Assembly: GCF_046119375.1 (NCBI RefSeq)
Contig: NW_027362765.1
Coordinates: 554,652,001 to 554,716,000, forward strand
Source: Phyllobates terribilis
Lineage: Eukaryota
Reading direction: 5' to 3'
Length of the DNA stretch: 64,000 nt
The notes below the pieces were generated by a model, which did no database searches, was not told where the DNA came from, and worked only from the letters and a program-made list of their open reading frames with translations. Below, piece after piece: positions 34,816 to 46,056 of this stretch. The stretch's first letter is position 1. Each line of letters begins with the position of its first letter. A program made the position numbers and the translations under genes.

Positions 34816-35772
34816 GCAACATGTCTCACCAAAATGGAATTTCTTCACATATTATACAGTATATGTATATATTACAAGAGTGTACATAATTTATAGGAGC
34901 CAACTAAATTCCTGAAGTTTCCTGTTACTTATAGCAATTTTTAGAAAAGTGCCTTGTTGCATTTGGATTTTTTATGGCTGCATTTTTTTGTAGCGATGTT
35001 TCTTTAATATCTGTGGTGCAGGGCTGAAATGCACTACACACAACGCATGTCATTTGCTTTTTTTTTTTTTTTTTTTTACGTCACTTGCCTTTTTTGTCTC
35101 GTGTTATTAGTTGGCATTTTTGGCACCAAATTCATTAAAATGGTGCATGTGATTCATGAATTTGGCGCAAAGTCTAAAAATGGGCTTTGTGTCTTGAACT
35201 ACTTTTGCATCTTTTGGCACCAAAAGTCACACTTTAGCACCCGATGTCACAAAAATTGTGCAAAATATTGGCGTGCTAAGAAATCATACTGGGCATGTGG
35301 AGGGGAATGGAGTGGAATTGTGCTAAATTTTGCAGCTTTCTAAAAAGTTGCAATTGATGAATCAGGTGAAAACATCTAGAATTGCTAGACTGCCTACAAA
35401 ACGGAAACAAATCAGGCGTGCACACATAAAATAGACTTAAAATTAGAGCAAATAGAATAATGAATTGGGTGCAAGCACAAAAAAGGCACAAACGCACAAA
35501 ACTAGACAAAACACAGGCAATGATGAATCGGGGCCTTTGTGTCTTAGCATTTGGTAGTGTTTTTGTTTTCTTCTAAATCTTAGACTGCTGTAGATGTGGC
35601 GGTTGTTTTTTGTGATTTTCTCATAGACTTCTCTATTTGACAAAAAGTCCATGTTACAAATGTTACAAAATACAATTGTCCATTAAAAAATGCATAAAAT
35701 TCATAGTGTATAAAACCACGGAAAAAGAGAGTCTCTGTGAAGGAAATTTAAGATATAATAAGATATATTTAA

Positions 35773-36165
35773 ACGGGTTGTCTGGCCATAGGCTACATGT
35801 TTGCAGTCACGCTACGTGACTGCAGACTTGTGAATCCTCGCAGTGCGCACACTGTGTTAGGATTCTCAGGTGCCATTGCCAGGAGCGGCGGGCGCGTGAC
35901 TGCAAGTGGTTTGCATACATGCGGTCATGTACAGTACCAACTTGACGAGTGCTTCCTCGCTCAATGCAAGACAATTGAGCGAGGCCGCACACGTCTAGTC
36001 AGATTGTTGCCGGAAGTATGCAAATCGCATACATGTGGTCATATGACCGCCCGCTCCCAGCATCGGAGAGTCCTGACTGCACACAGAGTGCGCACTGTGA
36101 GGATTCACAAGTCTGCAGTCACACAGAGTGTGTGTAGACATGTAGCCTATGGCCAGACATCCCCT
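35773..36165. mobile_element. Palindromic T2-type MITE
   Basis: TTAA on both sides; near-perfect long inverted arms (GGTTGTCTGGCCATAGGCTACATG / CATGTAGCCTATGGCCAGACATCC). Confidence 0.88.
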
Positions 36166-36227
36166 TTAACGATCTGTGCTTACTGCTTTGGAAGCTCTAT
36201 TTTACATAGATTTGTTTTCTTCTCCAG

Positions 36228-36235
36228 ATGTTTAA
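36228..36235 (+). CDS. TGF-alpha-like ligand, terminal coding exon (D-V-stop)
   Basis: Strong acceptor TTTGTTTTCTTCTCCAG|. Phase 1 gives G|AT GTT TAA, a C-terminal Val, as in TGFA whose last exon adds only the terminal valines. AATAAA follows at 36365. Confidence 0.6.
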
Positions 36236-36364
36236 ACCTGAAAAAGAAGATTTGTACCAACCGTGTCAATAAGCAAGAAGAAGGCTGACGAGTATAACTT
36301 CATGTGTTATATTTAATGTACACTTTATATAAAACTATAAAATATATTAAAGATTTGTATATAT

Positions 36365-36370
36365 AATAAA
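36365..36370 (+). terminator. Candidate polyadenylation signal (second candidate at about 36597)
   Basis: AATAAA in an AT-rich 3' UTR 130 nt after the stop codon. Confidence 0.45.
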
Positions 36371-37489
36371 AAAATTGCACAGATTACAGATACTATTCAG
36401 CATTGTACATTCTCACTGTCAAAAAGACGAGTATTTGCTGTTACAAAATTTAGAATGATAACCTGATGCATATAGTTAATGCAAATTCATTCACAGTAAA
36501 TTCAATTACTTTACAGTATACAGGTCTTGTGCCCTTGCGGAACTATGTACACAGGGCAATATCAACACACAGTACCATAATATAGAAATATTCACCAATA
36601 AAACCAATGCATTATTTTTATGCCTTAAAATGTTTTTTCCACAAATGTCAGAAAGGGGTTAACCCCTTAAGCCCCGAGGGTGGTTTGCACGTTAATGACC
36701 AGGCCAATTTTTACAATTCTGACCACTGTCACTTTATGAGGTAATTACTCTGGAACGCTTCAACGGATTCCCCTGATTCTGTGATTGTTTTTTCGTGACA
36801 TATTGTACTTCATGATTGTGGTAAAATTTCTTCGATATCACTTGCGTTTATTTGTGAAAAAAACGGAAATTTGGCGAAAATTTGAAAATTTTGCAATTTT
36901 CAAAATTTTAATTTTTATGTCCTTAAATCAGAGAGATATGTCACACAAAAGAGTTAATAAATAACATTTCCCACATGGCTACTTTACATCAGCACAATTT
37001 TGGAACCAAAATTTTTTTTTGTTAGGGAGCTATAAGGGTTAAAAGTTGTCAAGCGATTTCTCATTTTTCCAACAAAATTTACAAAACCATTTTTTTGGGG
37101 ACCACATCACATTTGAAGTCACTTTGAGAGGTCTTTATGACAGAAAATGCCCAAAAGTGACACCATTCTAAAAACTGCACCCCTCAAGGTGCTCAAAACC
37201 ACATTCAATAAGTTTATTAACCCTTCAGGTGCTTCACAGGAATTTTTTGAATGTGGAAGAAAAAAATGAACATTTAACTTTTTTCACAAAAATGTTACTT
37301 TAGACCCAATTTTTTTTATTTTCACAGGGGTAACAAGAAAAAATGGACCCCAAAATTTGTTGTGCAATTTCCCCTGGGCACGCAGATACCCAATATTTGG
37401 GGAAAAAACACTGTTTGGGCGCACGGCAGGGCTCGGAAGGGAAGGAGCGCCATTTGACTTTTTGATTGTAAAATTTGCTTGAATAATTA

Positions 37490-39470
37490 GCGGACGCCAT
37501 GTTGTGTTTGGAGAGCCCCTGTGTGCCCAAACATTGGAGCTCCCCCACAAGTGACCCCATTTTGGAAACTAGACCCCCCAAGGCACCTATCTAGATGCAT
37601 AGTGAGCACTTGGAACCCCCAGGTGCTTCACAAATTGATTCGTAAAAATGAAAAAGTGTTTTTTTTTTCACTTTTTCATTTTTACGAATCAATTTGTGAA
37701 GCACCTAGGGGTTCCAAGTGCTCACTATGCATCTAGATAGGTGACTTGGGGTGTCTAGTTTCCAAAATGGGGTCACTTGTGGGGAAGCTCCAATGTTTGG
37801 GCACACAGGGACTCTCCAAATGCAACATGGTGTCCGCTAACAAATTGAATGGAAAATCGGCTCAAATTGTTAGCGGACACCATGTTGCGTTTGGAGAGCC
37901 CCTGTGTGCCCAAACTTTGGAGCTCCCCCACAAGTGACCCCATTTTGGAAACTAGACCCCCCCAAGGCACCTATCTAGATGCATAGTGAGCACTTGGAAC
38001 CCCCAGGTGCTTCACAAATTGATTCGTAAAAATGAAAAAGTGAAAAAAAAAACACTTTTTCATTTTTATGAATCAATTTGTGAAGCACCTGGGGTTCCAA
38101 GTGCTCACTATGCATCTAGATAGGTGCCTTGGGGGGTCTAATTTCCAAAATGGGGTCACTTGTAGGGGAGCTCCAATGTTTGGGCACACAGGGACTCTTC
38201 AAATGCAACATGGTGTCCGCTAACAAGTTGTCGGCTCAAATTGTTAGTGGACACCATGTTGCGTTTGGAGAGCCCCTGTGTGCCCAAACATTGGAGCTCC
38301 CCCACAAGTGACCCAATTTTGGAAACAAGACCCCCCAAGGCACCTATCTAGTTGCATAGTGAGCACTTGGAACCCCCAGGTGCTTCACAAATTGATTCAT
38401 AAAAATGAAAAAGTGGTTTTTTTTTCGCTTTTTCATTTTTATGAATCAATTTGTGAAGCACCTAGGGGTTCCAAGTGCTCACTATGCATCTAGATAGGTG
38501 CCTTGGGGGGTCTAGTTTCCAAAATGGGGTCACTTGTGGGGGAGCTCCAATGTTTGGGCACACAGGGGCTCTCCAAACGCAACATGGTGTCCGCTAACAA
38601 TTTGAGCCGACAATTTGTTAGCGGACACCATGTTGCATTTGAAGAGTCCCTGTGTGCCCAAACATTGGAGCTCCCCCACAAGTGACCCAATTTTGGAAAC
38701 TAGACCCCCCAAGGCACCTATCTAGATGCATAGTGAGCACTTGGAACCCCCAGGTTCTTCACAAATTGATTCATAAAAATGAAAAAGTGTTTTTTTTTCA
38801 CTTTTTCATTTTTATGAATCAATTTGTGAAGCACCTGGGGGTTCCAAGTGCTCACTATGCATCTAGATAGGTGCCTTGGGGGGTCTAGTTTCCAAAATGG
38901 GGTCACTTGTGGGGGAGCTCCAATGTTTGGGCACACAGGGGCTCTCCAAATGCAACATGGTGTCCGCTAACAATTTGAGCCGACAATTTGTTAGCGGTCA
39001 CCATGTTGCATTTGAAGAGTCCCTGTGTGCCCAAACATTGGAGCTCCCCCACAAGTGACCCCATTTTGGAAACTAGACCCCCCAAGGCACCTATCTAGAT
39101 GCATAGTGAGCACTTGGAACCCCCAGATGCTTCACAAATTGATTCGTAAAAATGAAAATTGTGAAAAAAAAACTATTTTTCATTTTTATGAATCAATTTG
39201 TGAAGCACCTTGGGTTCCAAGTGCTCACTATGCATCGACATAGGTGCCTTGGGGAGTCTAGTATCCAAAATGGGGTCACTTTTGGGGGAGCTCCAATGTT
39301 TGGGCACGCAGGGGCTCTCCAAACGCAACATGGTGTCCGCTAACAATTTGAGCCGATTTTCCATTCAATTTGTTAGCGGACACCATGTCGCGTTTGGAGA
39401 GCCCGTGATGTGCCTAAACAGTGGAGCTCCCCCACAAGTGACCCCATTTTGGAAACTATACCCCTCAAGG
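37490..39470. repeat. Array of ~187-bp units in alternating inverted orientation (period ~374 bp)
   Basis: Same ORFs recur on both strands at 373-374-bp offsets; ten hairpin-like junctions. Confidence 0.93.
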
Positions 39471-39561
39471 ATTTTATTAAGGTGTATAGTGAACATTTTG
39501 AACCCAGAGGTACGACACAGAATTTGTTTACATTAGGTCATCATATTGAATAAGTTGTCAT

Positions 39562-39862
39562 TAGTCTTGAGCGCAAGTGCTCGCTACTTGAGTTTGCATC
39601 GGGTACTCAGGTATGCACCATGTACAGCATGTGCTCGAGTGACATGCTTGAGTCCCTGCTCTGCATGTTTCACGGTTATTAGACACCCAAAAAAAAACAT
39701 GCGGGGATCGCTCGTGCATGGCAGGCAATCCCCGTAAAGTTTTTTTGGCCGCGAAGCCTATGGGGCAGAGACTCGAGCATGTCACTCAAATACCCACGAT
39801 ACTCAATGCATACCAGAGCACCCGATGCAAAGTCAAGTAGCGAGCACTTGCGCTCAACACTA
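39562..39862. mobile_element. ~300-bp hAT MITE (second copy at 44091-44390)
   Basis: TAGTCTTGAGCGCAAGTGCTCG...CGAGCACTTGCGCTCAACACTA; degenerate 8-bp TSD GTTGTCAT/GTCGCCAT. Confidence 0.85.
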
Positions 39863-39904
39863 GTCGCCATATCGTCATCTTTTTTTCTTACTTTTGAAAA
39901 AAAT

Positions 39905-40080
39905 CCCAACCCCATCACAACCCTAACCCCAACCCTAACCCCAACCCCAGCCCTAACCCTAGCACAACCCTAACCGTAGCACAACCCTAACCCTAGCACA
40001 ACCCTAGCCCTAGCACAACCTTAACCCTAGCACAACCCTAACCCCAAACCCAGCCCTAACCCTAGCCCAATCCTAACCCA
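39905..40080 (+). repeat. Degenerate telomere-like (CCCTAA/CCCTAG/CCCAA) tract
   Basis: CCCTAACCCTAGCACAA-type units inside the piggyBac-type element. Confidence 0.85.
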
Positions 40081-41553
40081 AGAGTTTATTTTTGACGCCG
40101 TTCCTTGTGCGGTATAAGTGCTTACACGACTTTATTCTTCGGGTCGGTGTGATTACAGCAATACCAGAATCATATGGGGTTTTTATGACTGACAGCTGTC
40201 ACACACTAAAAGACGCATTTTTTGTAAAATCTAGTTTTTGCATCGCCATATTTTGAGAGCTATAATTTTTCCAGATTTTGGCAGACAGTCATGTGATGGC
40301 TCGTTTTTTGCGGGATGACTTGACGTTGTTATTGGTGCCATTTTCAGGCACGTGACATTTTTTGATCGCTTTCTATTCCGATTTTTGGGAGGCAGAATAA
40401 ACAAAAACCAACAATTCAGGAATTGTTTTTTTTTGTTTTTTTTATTCTGTTCCGCGTGTGGTAAAATTGATAAGGTAGCTTTATTCTTCGGGTCAGTACG
40501 TTTACAGCGGTACCACATTTATATCGTTTTTCTATGTTTTGCACTTTTACATAATAAAAGCAATTTTATAGAAAAAAATATTTTTTAGCATCGCTTTATT
40601 CTGAGAGCTATAACTTTTTTATTTTTCGGCTGATGGAGCTGTATGTCGGCTTGTTTTTTGCGGGACGAGATGACGTTTTCAGCGGTACCATTTTTATTTA
40701 TATTTGTCTTTTTGATCGCGTGTTATTCCATTTTTTGTTTGGCGGCATGGTGATAAAGCATTGTCTTTTGCTTCGGTTTTTTTTTTTTTTTTTTACCGTG
40801 TTCACTGAAGGGGTTAACTAGTGAGACAGTTTTATAGGTCAGGTTGTTCCGGACGCAGCGATACCAAATATGTGTACTTTTATTGTTTTTTTTGTTTTTT
40901 TTTATAATAATATTTATTGATGGGCACATTATATTTTTATTTTTGGTGGATAATTTTTTAAATTTTTTTTTATATTTTTGCAATTTTTTTTTTATTTTTT
41001 TTTTCACTTTCTGGAAGCTTATATAGTTTATTACTTTGTCCCACTCTGGGACTTTCACTTTTTTTTCTCTGATCGCCTGCATGGCACAGGAATGCAGCAC
41101 CATCCCTGTGCCATGCAGGCTATCAGCGCTGGACAGGGAGAAGATTGTTTGGAGATGCACTGCGCATGTCCAAACAATCTTCCTGCTGTCTGGTGACCCG
41201 GATGTTGTCATGACGACATCGGGTCATCATGGCAACACCCGGGAAGCCTTTGCAGACAGCGCTGGAAGCCGGAAGAGGAGGTGAGTATCTGCGATCACCT
41301 CCCCTTGCCCCCGCAATGCTGCGATCGACTTCGATCGCAGCATCGCGGGGGTTAATGTGCTGGGAGCGGTGCAGGACCGCTCCCTGCACATAGTATCGGG
41401 TGTCAGCTGTGACAATCAGCTGACACCCGGCGGCGATCGCGCCTGCACAGCCTGTGTGCGCGCGCGATCGCCATGACGTACTAATACGGGTCTGGCTCTT
41501 AAGTCCCAGGGCACAGACGCGTATTAGTACGTCAGATGTTGTTAAGGTGTTAA

Positions 41554-42104
41554 AGTGGTTTTCCCAAGAACAAAAGTTAATTTTAATCAATAACTCTTGG
41601 AATAATAATAACTTCCACAATTAGATGTGTTTAAATAAAATGTTCCTGTGCTGAGATAATCTTATAAATGTGCCCCTGCTGTGTACTGTGTAATGGCTGT
41701 GTCTGACTGTGCAGGATCATGGTCTGATTATACCACATCTCCTGGACAGGGGAGGACACAAAAAAGTATACAGACATGACAGCATGGGATCACAAATGAT
41801 TCTCTCTTTAAAGTAAAACACTGTTTAAAAATAGGCAGAGAAATGTTTTATCTCCCAAAAAGAATCAGCTGTGATCCCGTGCTGTAATGTCTGTATACTC
41901 TTTCACTTCTTTCCCTGCTCAGAAGATGTGGTATGATCAGACCATATTCCTGTACGGTCAAACACTGCCATTACACAGTACACAGCACATTTATGAGATT
42001 ATCTCAACATAGGAAGATTTTATTTAAACACGTCCAATTGTAGAAGTTATTATTATTCCAAGATCTATTGATTAAAATGAAGTTTTGTCTGTGGGGAAAC
42101 CCCT
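41554..42104. mobile_element. T2-type MITE between the two piggyBac-type copies
   Basis: Termini AGTGGTTTTCCCA / TGGGGAAACCCCT with internal inverted symmetry. Confidence 0.78.
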
Positions 42105-45100
42105 TTACCCCCGAGGGTGGTTTGCACGTTAATGACGGGGCCAATTTTTACAATTCTGACCACTGTCACTTTATGAGGTAATTACTCTGGAACGCTTCAA
42201 CGGATCCCCCTGATTCTGAGATTGTTTTTTTGTGACATATTATACTTCATGACTGTGGTAAAATTTCTTCGATATCACTTGCATTTATTTGTGAAAAGAA
42301 AACGGAAATTTGGCGAAAATGTCGAAAATTTGGCAATTTTCAAAATTTTTATTTTTATGCCCTTAAATCAGAGAGATATGTCACACAAAATAGTTAATAA
42401 ATAACATTTCCCACATGTCTACTTTACATCAGCACAATTTTGGAACTAAATTTTTTTTTTATTAGGGAGCTAGAAGGGTTAAAAGTTGACCAGCGATTTC
42501 TCATTTTTCCAACAAAATTTCCAAAATCATTTTTTTAGGGACCACATCACATTTGAAGTCACTTTGAGGGGTCTTTATGACAGAAAATACTCAAAAGTGA
42601 CACCATTCTAAAAACTGCACCCCTCAAGGTGCTCAAAACCACATTCAAGAACTTTATTAACCCTTCAGGTGCTTCACAGTAATTTTTGGAATGTGGAAAA
42701 AAAAATTAACATTTTACTTTTTTCACAAAAATGTTACTTTAAAGCCATTTTTTTTTTTATTTTCGCAGGGGTAACAGGAAAAAATGGACCCCAAAATTTG
42801 TGCAATTTTCCATGAGCATTTTGGAAACTAGACCCCTCAGGGAACTTCTCTAGATGTATGGTGAGCACCTTGAACCTCCAGGTGCTTCACAGAAGTTTAG
42901 AACATTGAGCCGTAAAAATAAAATTTGCACACTTTTTGCAACAAAAATGTTTTTAAGCCTCCAATTTTGCATTTTCATGAGGGTAACAGGAGAAATTGCA
43001 CCATGCAATTTGTTGTGCAATTCCTCCTGAGCACGCTGATACCCCATATGTGGGGGAAAACCAATGTTGGGGTGTTCGGAAGAGAAGGAGCGCAATTTGA
43101 CTTTTTGAATGTAAAATTTGCTTGAATAATTAGCGAACACCATGTTGCGTTTGGAGAGCCCCTGATGTGCCTAAATAGTGGAAACCCCCCCACAAGTGAC
43201 ACCATTTTGGAAACTAGACCCCTCAGGGAACTTATCTAGATGTGTGGTGAGCACCTTGAACCCCCAGGTGCTTCACAGAAGTTTAGAACATTGAGCCGTA
43301 AAAATAACATTTTCACATTTTTCCCACAAAAATGTTTTTCAGCCCCCAATTTTGCATTTTCATAAGGGTAACAGGAGAAATTGCACCATGCAATTTGTTT
43401 TGCAATTTCTCCTGAGTAAGCAGATACCCCATATGTGGGGGAAAACCACTGTTTGGGTGCACGGCAGGGTTTGGAAGGGAAGGAGCGCCATGTGAGTTTT
43501 TGAATGTCAAATTTGCTTGAATAATTAGCGGATGTGCCCCTGATGTGCCTAAACAGTGGAAAACCCCCACAAGTGACACCATTTTGGAAACTAGACCCCT
43601 CAGGGATCTTATCTAGATGTGTGGTGAGCACCAGGAACCCCCAAGTGCTTTACAGAAGTTTATAACATGGAGCCGTGAAAATAAAAAAATCAAACTTTTT
43701 CCACAAAAATTATGTTTTAGCCCCAATTTTTTTATTTTCACAAGGGTAAGAGGAGAAAATGGACCCCAAACACTGTTGTGCAATTTCTCTTGAGTAGGCC
43801 TATACCCCATATGTGTGGAAAATACAGTGTTTGGGCGCACGGCAGAGTTCAGAAGGGAAGGAGCACTGTGTGACTTTTTGAACCAAAATTGGCTGGAATT
43901 GAGAGCGGACGCCATGTCGCGTTTGGAGAGCCCCTGATATGCCTAAATAGTGGAAAACCCCCACAAGTGACCCCATTTTGGAAACTACACCCCTCAAGGA
44001 TTTTATCAAGGGGTATAGTGAACAATTTGAACTGAGAGGTACAACACAGAATTTGATAACATTAGGTCATCATATTGAATAAGTTGTCATTAGTCTTGAG
44101 TGCAAGTGCTCGCTACTTGAGTTTGCATTGAGTACTCAGGTATGCATCATGTATCGCGCATGCTCGAGTGACATGCTCGAGTCCCCGCTCGCATGTTTCA
44201 CGGTTATTAGACACCCAAAAAAAAACATGCGGTGATCACTCGTGCATGGCAGGCAATCCCCTCAAGGTTTTTTTGGCCTCAAAGCATATGGGGCGGAGAC
44301 TCAAGCATGTCACTCGAGCACCCGCGATACTCAGTGCATACCCGAGCACCTGACGCAAACTCAAGTAGCGAGCACTTGAGCTCAACACTAGTCTCCATAT
44401 TGTCATCCTTTTTTTTTTTACTTTTGAAAAAAATCCCAACCCTAACCCCAAGCCTAATACAACCCCAACCCTAACCCTAGCCCAACCCTAACCCTAGCCC
44501 AACCCTAACCCTAGCCAAACCCTAACCCCAACCCTAACCCCAACCACAGCCCTAATCCTAGCCCAACCCTAACCCTAGCCCCTACCCTAACCCTAACACA
44601 ACCCTAACCCTAGAGTTTATTTTTTATGCCGTTCCTCGTGTGGTATAAGTGATTAGACAACTTTATTCTTTGGGTCGGTGTGATTACAGCGATACCAGAA
44701 TCATATTGGGTTTTTATAATTGACAGCTGTCACACACTAAAAGACGCATTTTTTTGTAAAATCTAGTTTTTGCATCGCCATATTTTGAGAGCTATAATTT
44801 TTCCTATTTTGTCCGACAGAGTCATGTGACGGCTTGTTTTTTGCGGGATGAGTTGATGTTTTTATTGGCACCATTTTCAGGCACTTGACATTTTTTGATC
44901 GCTTTGTATTCTGATTTTTGGGAGGCAGAATAAACAAAAACCAGCAATTCCGGAATTGTTTTTATGTTTCTTTTTTATGCTGTTCTGCGTGTGGTAAAAT
45001 TGATAAGGTAGCTTTATTCTTCTGGTCAGTATGTTTACAGTGGTACCACATTTATATTGTTTTTCTATGTTTTGGCTCTTTTACGCAATAAAAGCTATTT

Positions 45101-45909
45101 TTGATCGCGTGTTATTCCATTTTTTGTTTGGCGGTATGATGATAAAGCATTGTTTTTTGCTTCGTTTTTTATTTATTTTTTTACTGTGTTCACTAAAGGG
45201 GTTAGTGGGACAGTTTTATAGGTCAGGTGATTCCGGACGCGACGATACCAAATATGTGTACTTTTATTTTATTTTTTTTTCTTCATAATTATATTTATTG
45301 ATGGGTACATTATATTTTTATTTTTGGTGGATTATTTTTTTTTTATATTTTTACAATTTTTTTTCATTTTTTAACACTTTTTGGACTTTTATTCTGTGTC
45401 CCACTATGGAACTTTCACTTTTTTTATTCTGATCGCCTGTATAGCACAGGGATGGAGCACCATCCCTGTGCTATACAGGCTGTCAGCACTGCAGATGCAG
45501 AAGATACTGTGGTCATGCACTGCGCATGACCAAAATATCTTCCTGCTGTCTGGTGACCCGGATGTTGTCATGACGACATCGGGTCGTCATGGCAACATCC
45601 GGGAAGCCACGGCAGACAACGCTGGAGGCCGAGAGAAGAGGTGAGTATTGCGATCACCTCCCCTTGCCCCCGCAATGCTGCAATCGACTTCGATCGCAGC
45701 ATTGAGGGGGTTAATGTGCCGGGAGCGGTGCTGGACCGCTCCCTGCACATAGCACCGGGTGTCAGCTGTGACTATCAGCTGACACCCGGCGGCGATCGCC
45801 CCGCACCACTTCTGTGCGGGCACGATCGCCATATGAACTAATAGTACGTCATTTGTCCAATCGGCCCAGGTCACCATGACGTACTTTTAGGTCACACGTC
45901 AGAAAGGGG
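42100..45909. mobile_element. Non-autonomous piggyBac-type element, copy 2
   Basis: CCCCTTTACCCCCGAGGGTGG ... GTCAGAAAGGGG-TTAA. Direct ~380-390-bp internal repeats at 42820-43990, hAT MITE at 44091-44390, telomere-like tract at 44436-44612. Confidence 0.8.
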
Positions 45910-46056
45910 TTAAGATGGTCCCATATACTCATATGGGCATTGATTAAGGACTTTATAGACTAATTAGGTAAAGTGTTAATAAAAATGCAAGGTAATTTAA
46001 ATAAAAAAATATATTTTGGTGCTTTTTTTTCTTTTAATAATTTTTGTGGATCTTTA

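Larger units (their letters stand above)
36663..41549. mobile_element. Non-autonomous piggyBac-type element, copy 1
   Basis: TTAA-CCCCTT ... AAGGTG-TTAA; no transposase; colinear with 42100-45909. Confidence 0.8.

Noticed and set aside
35797-36288. 163-aa ORF ending RCLNLKKKICT..., superficially like the epigen C-terminus
   Set aside because: Mostly palindromic MITE sequence. That frame needs a phase-2 junction: TA|A from exon 3 would be a stop, and exon 4 ends in phase 1, which gives D-V-stop.
37284-39536. Repeated 60-108-aa ORFs on both strands (MGGLVSKMGSLVGELQC...)
   Set aside because: Products of the alternating inverted array; no protein-like features.
39905-40080. True telomere or chromosome-fusion site
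   Set aside because: Short, degenerate, single-orientation, and present at the same position in both transposon copies.
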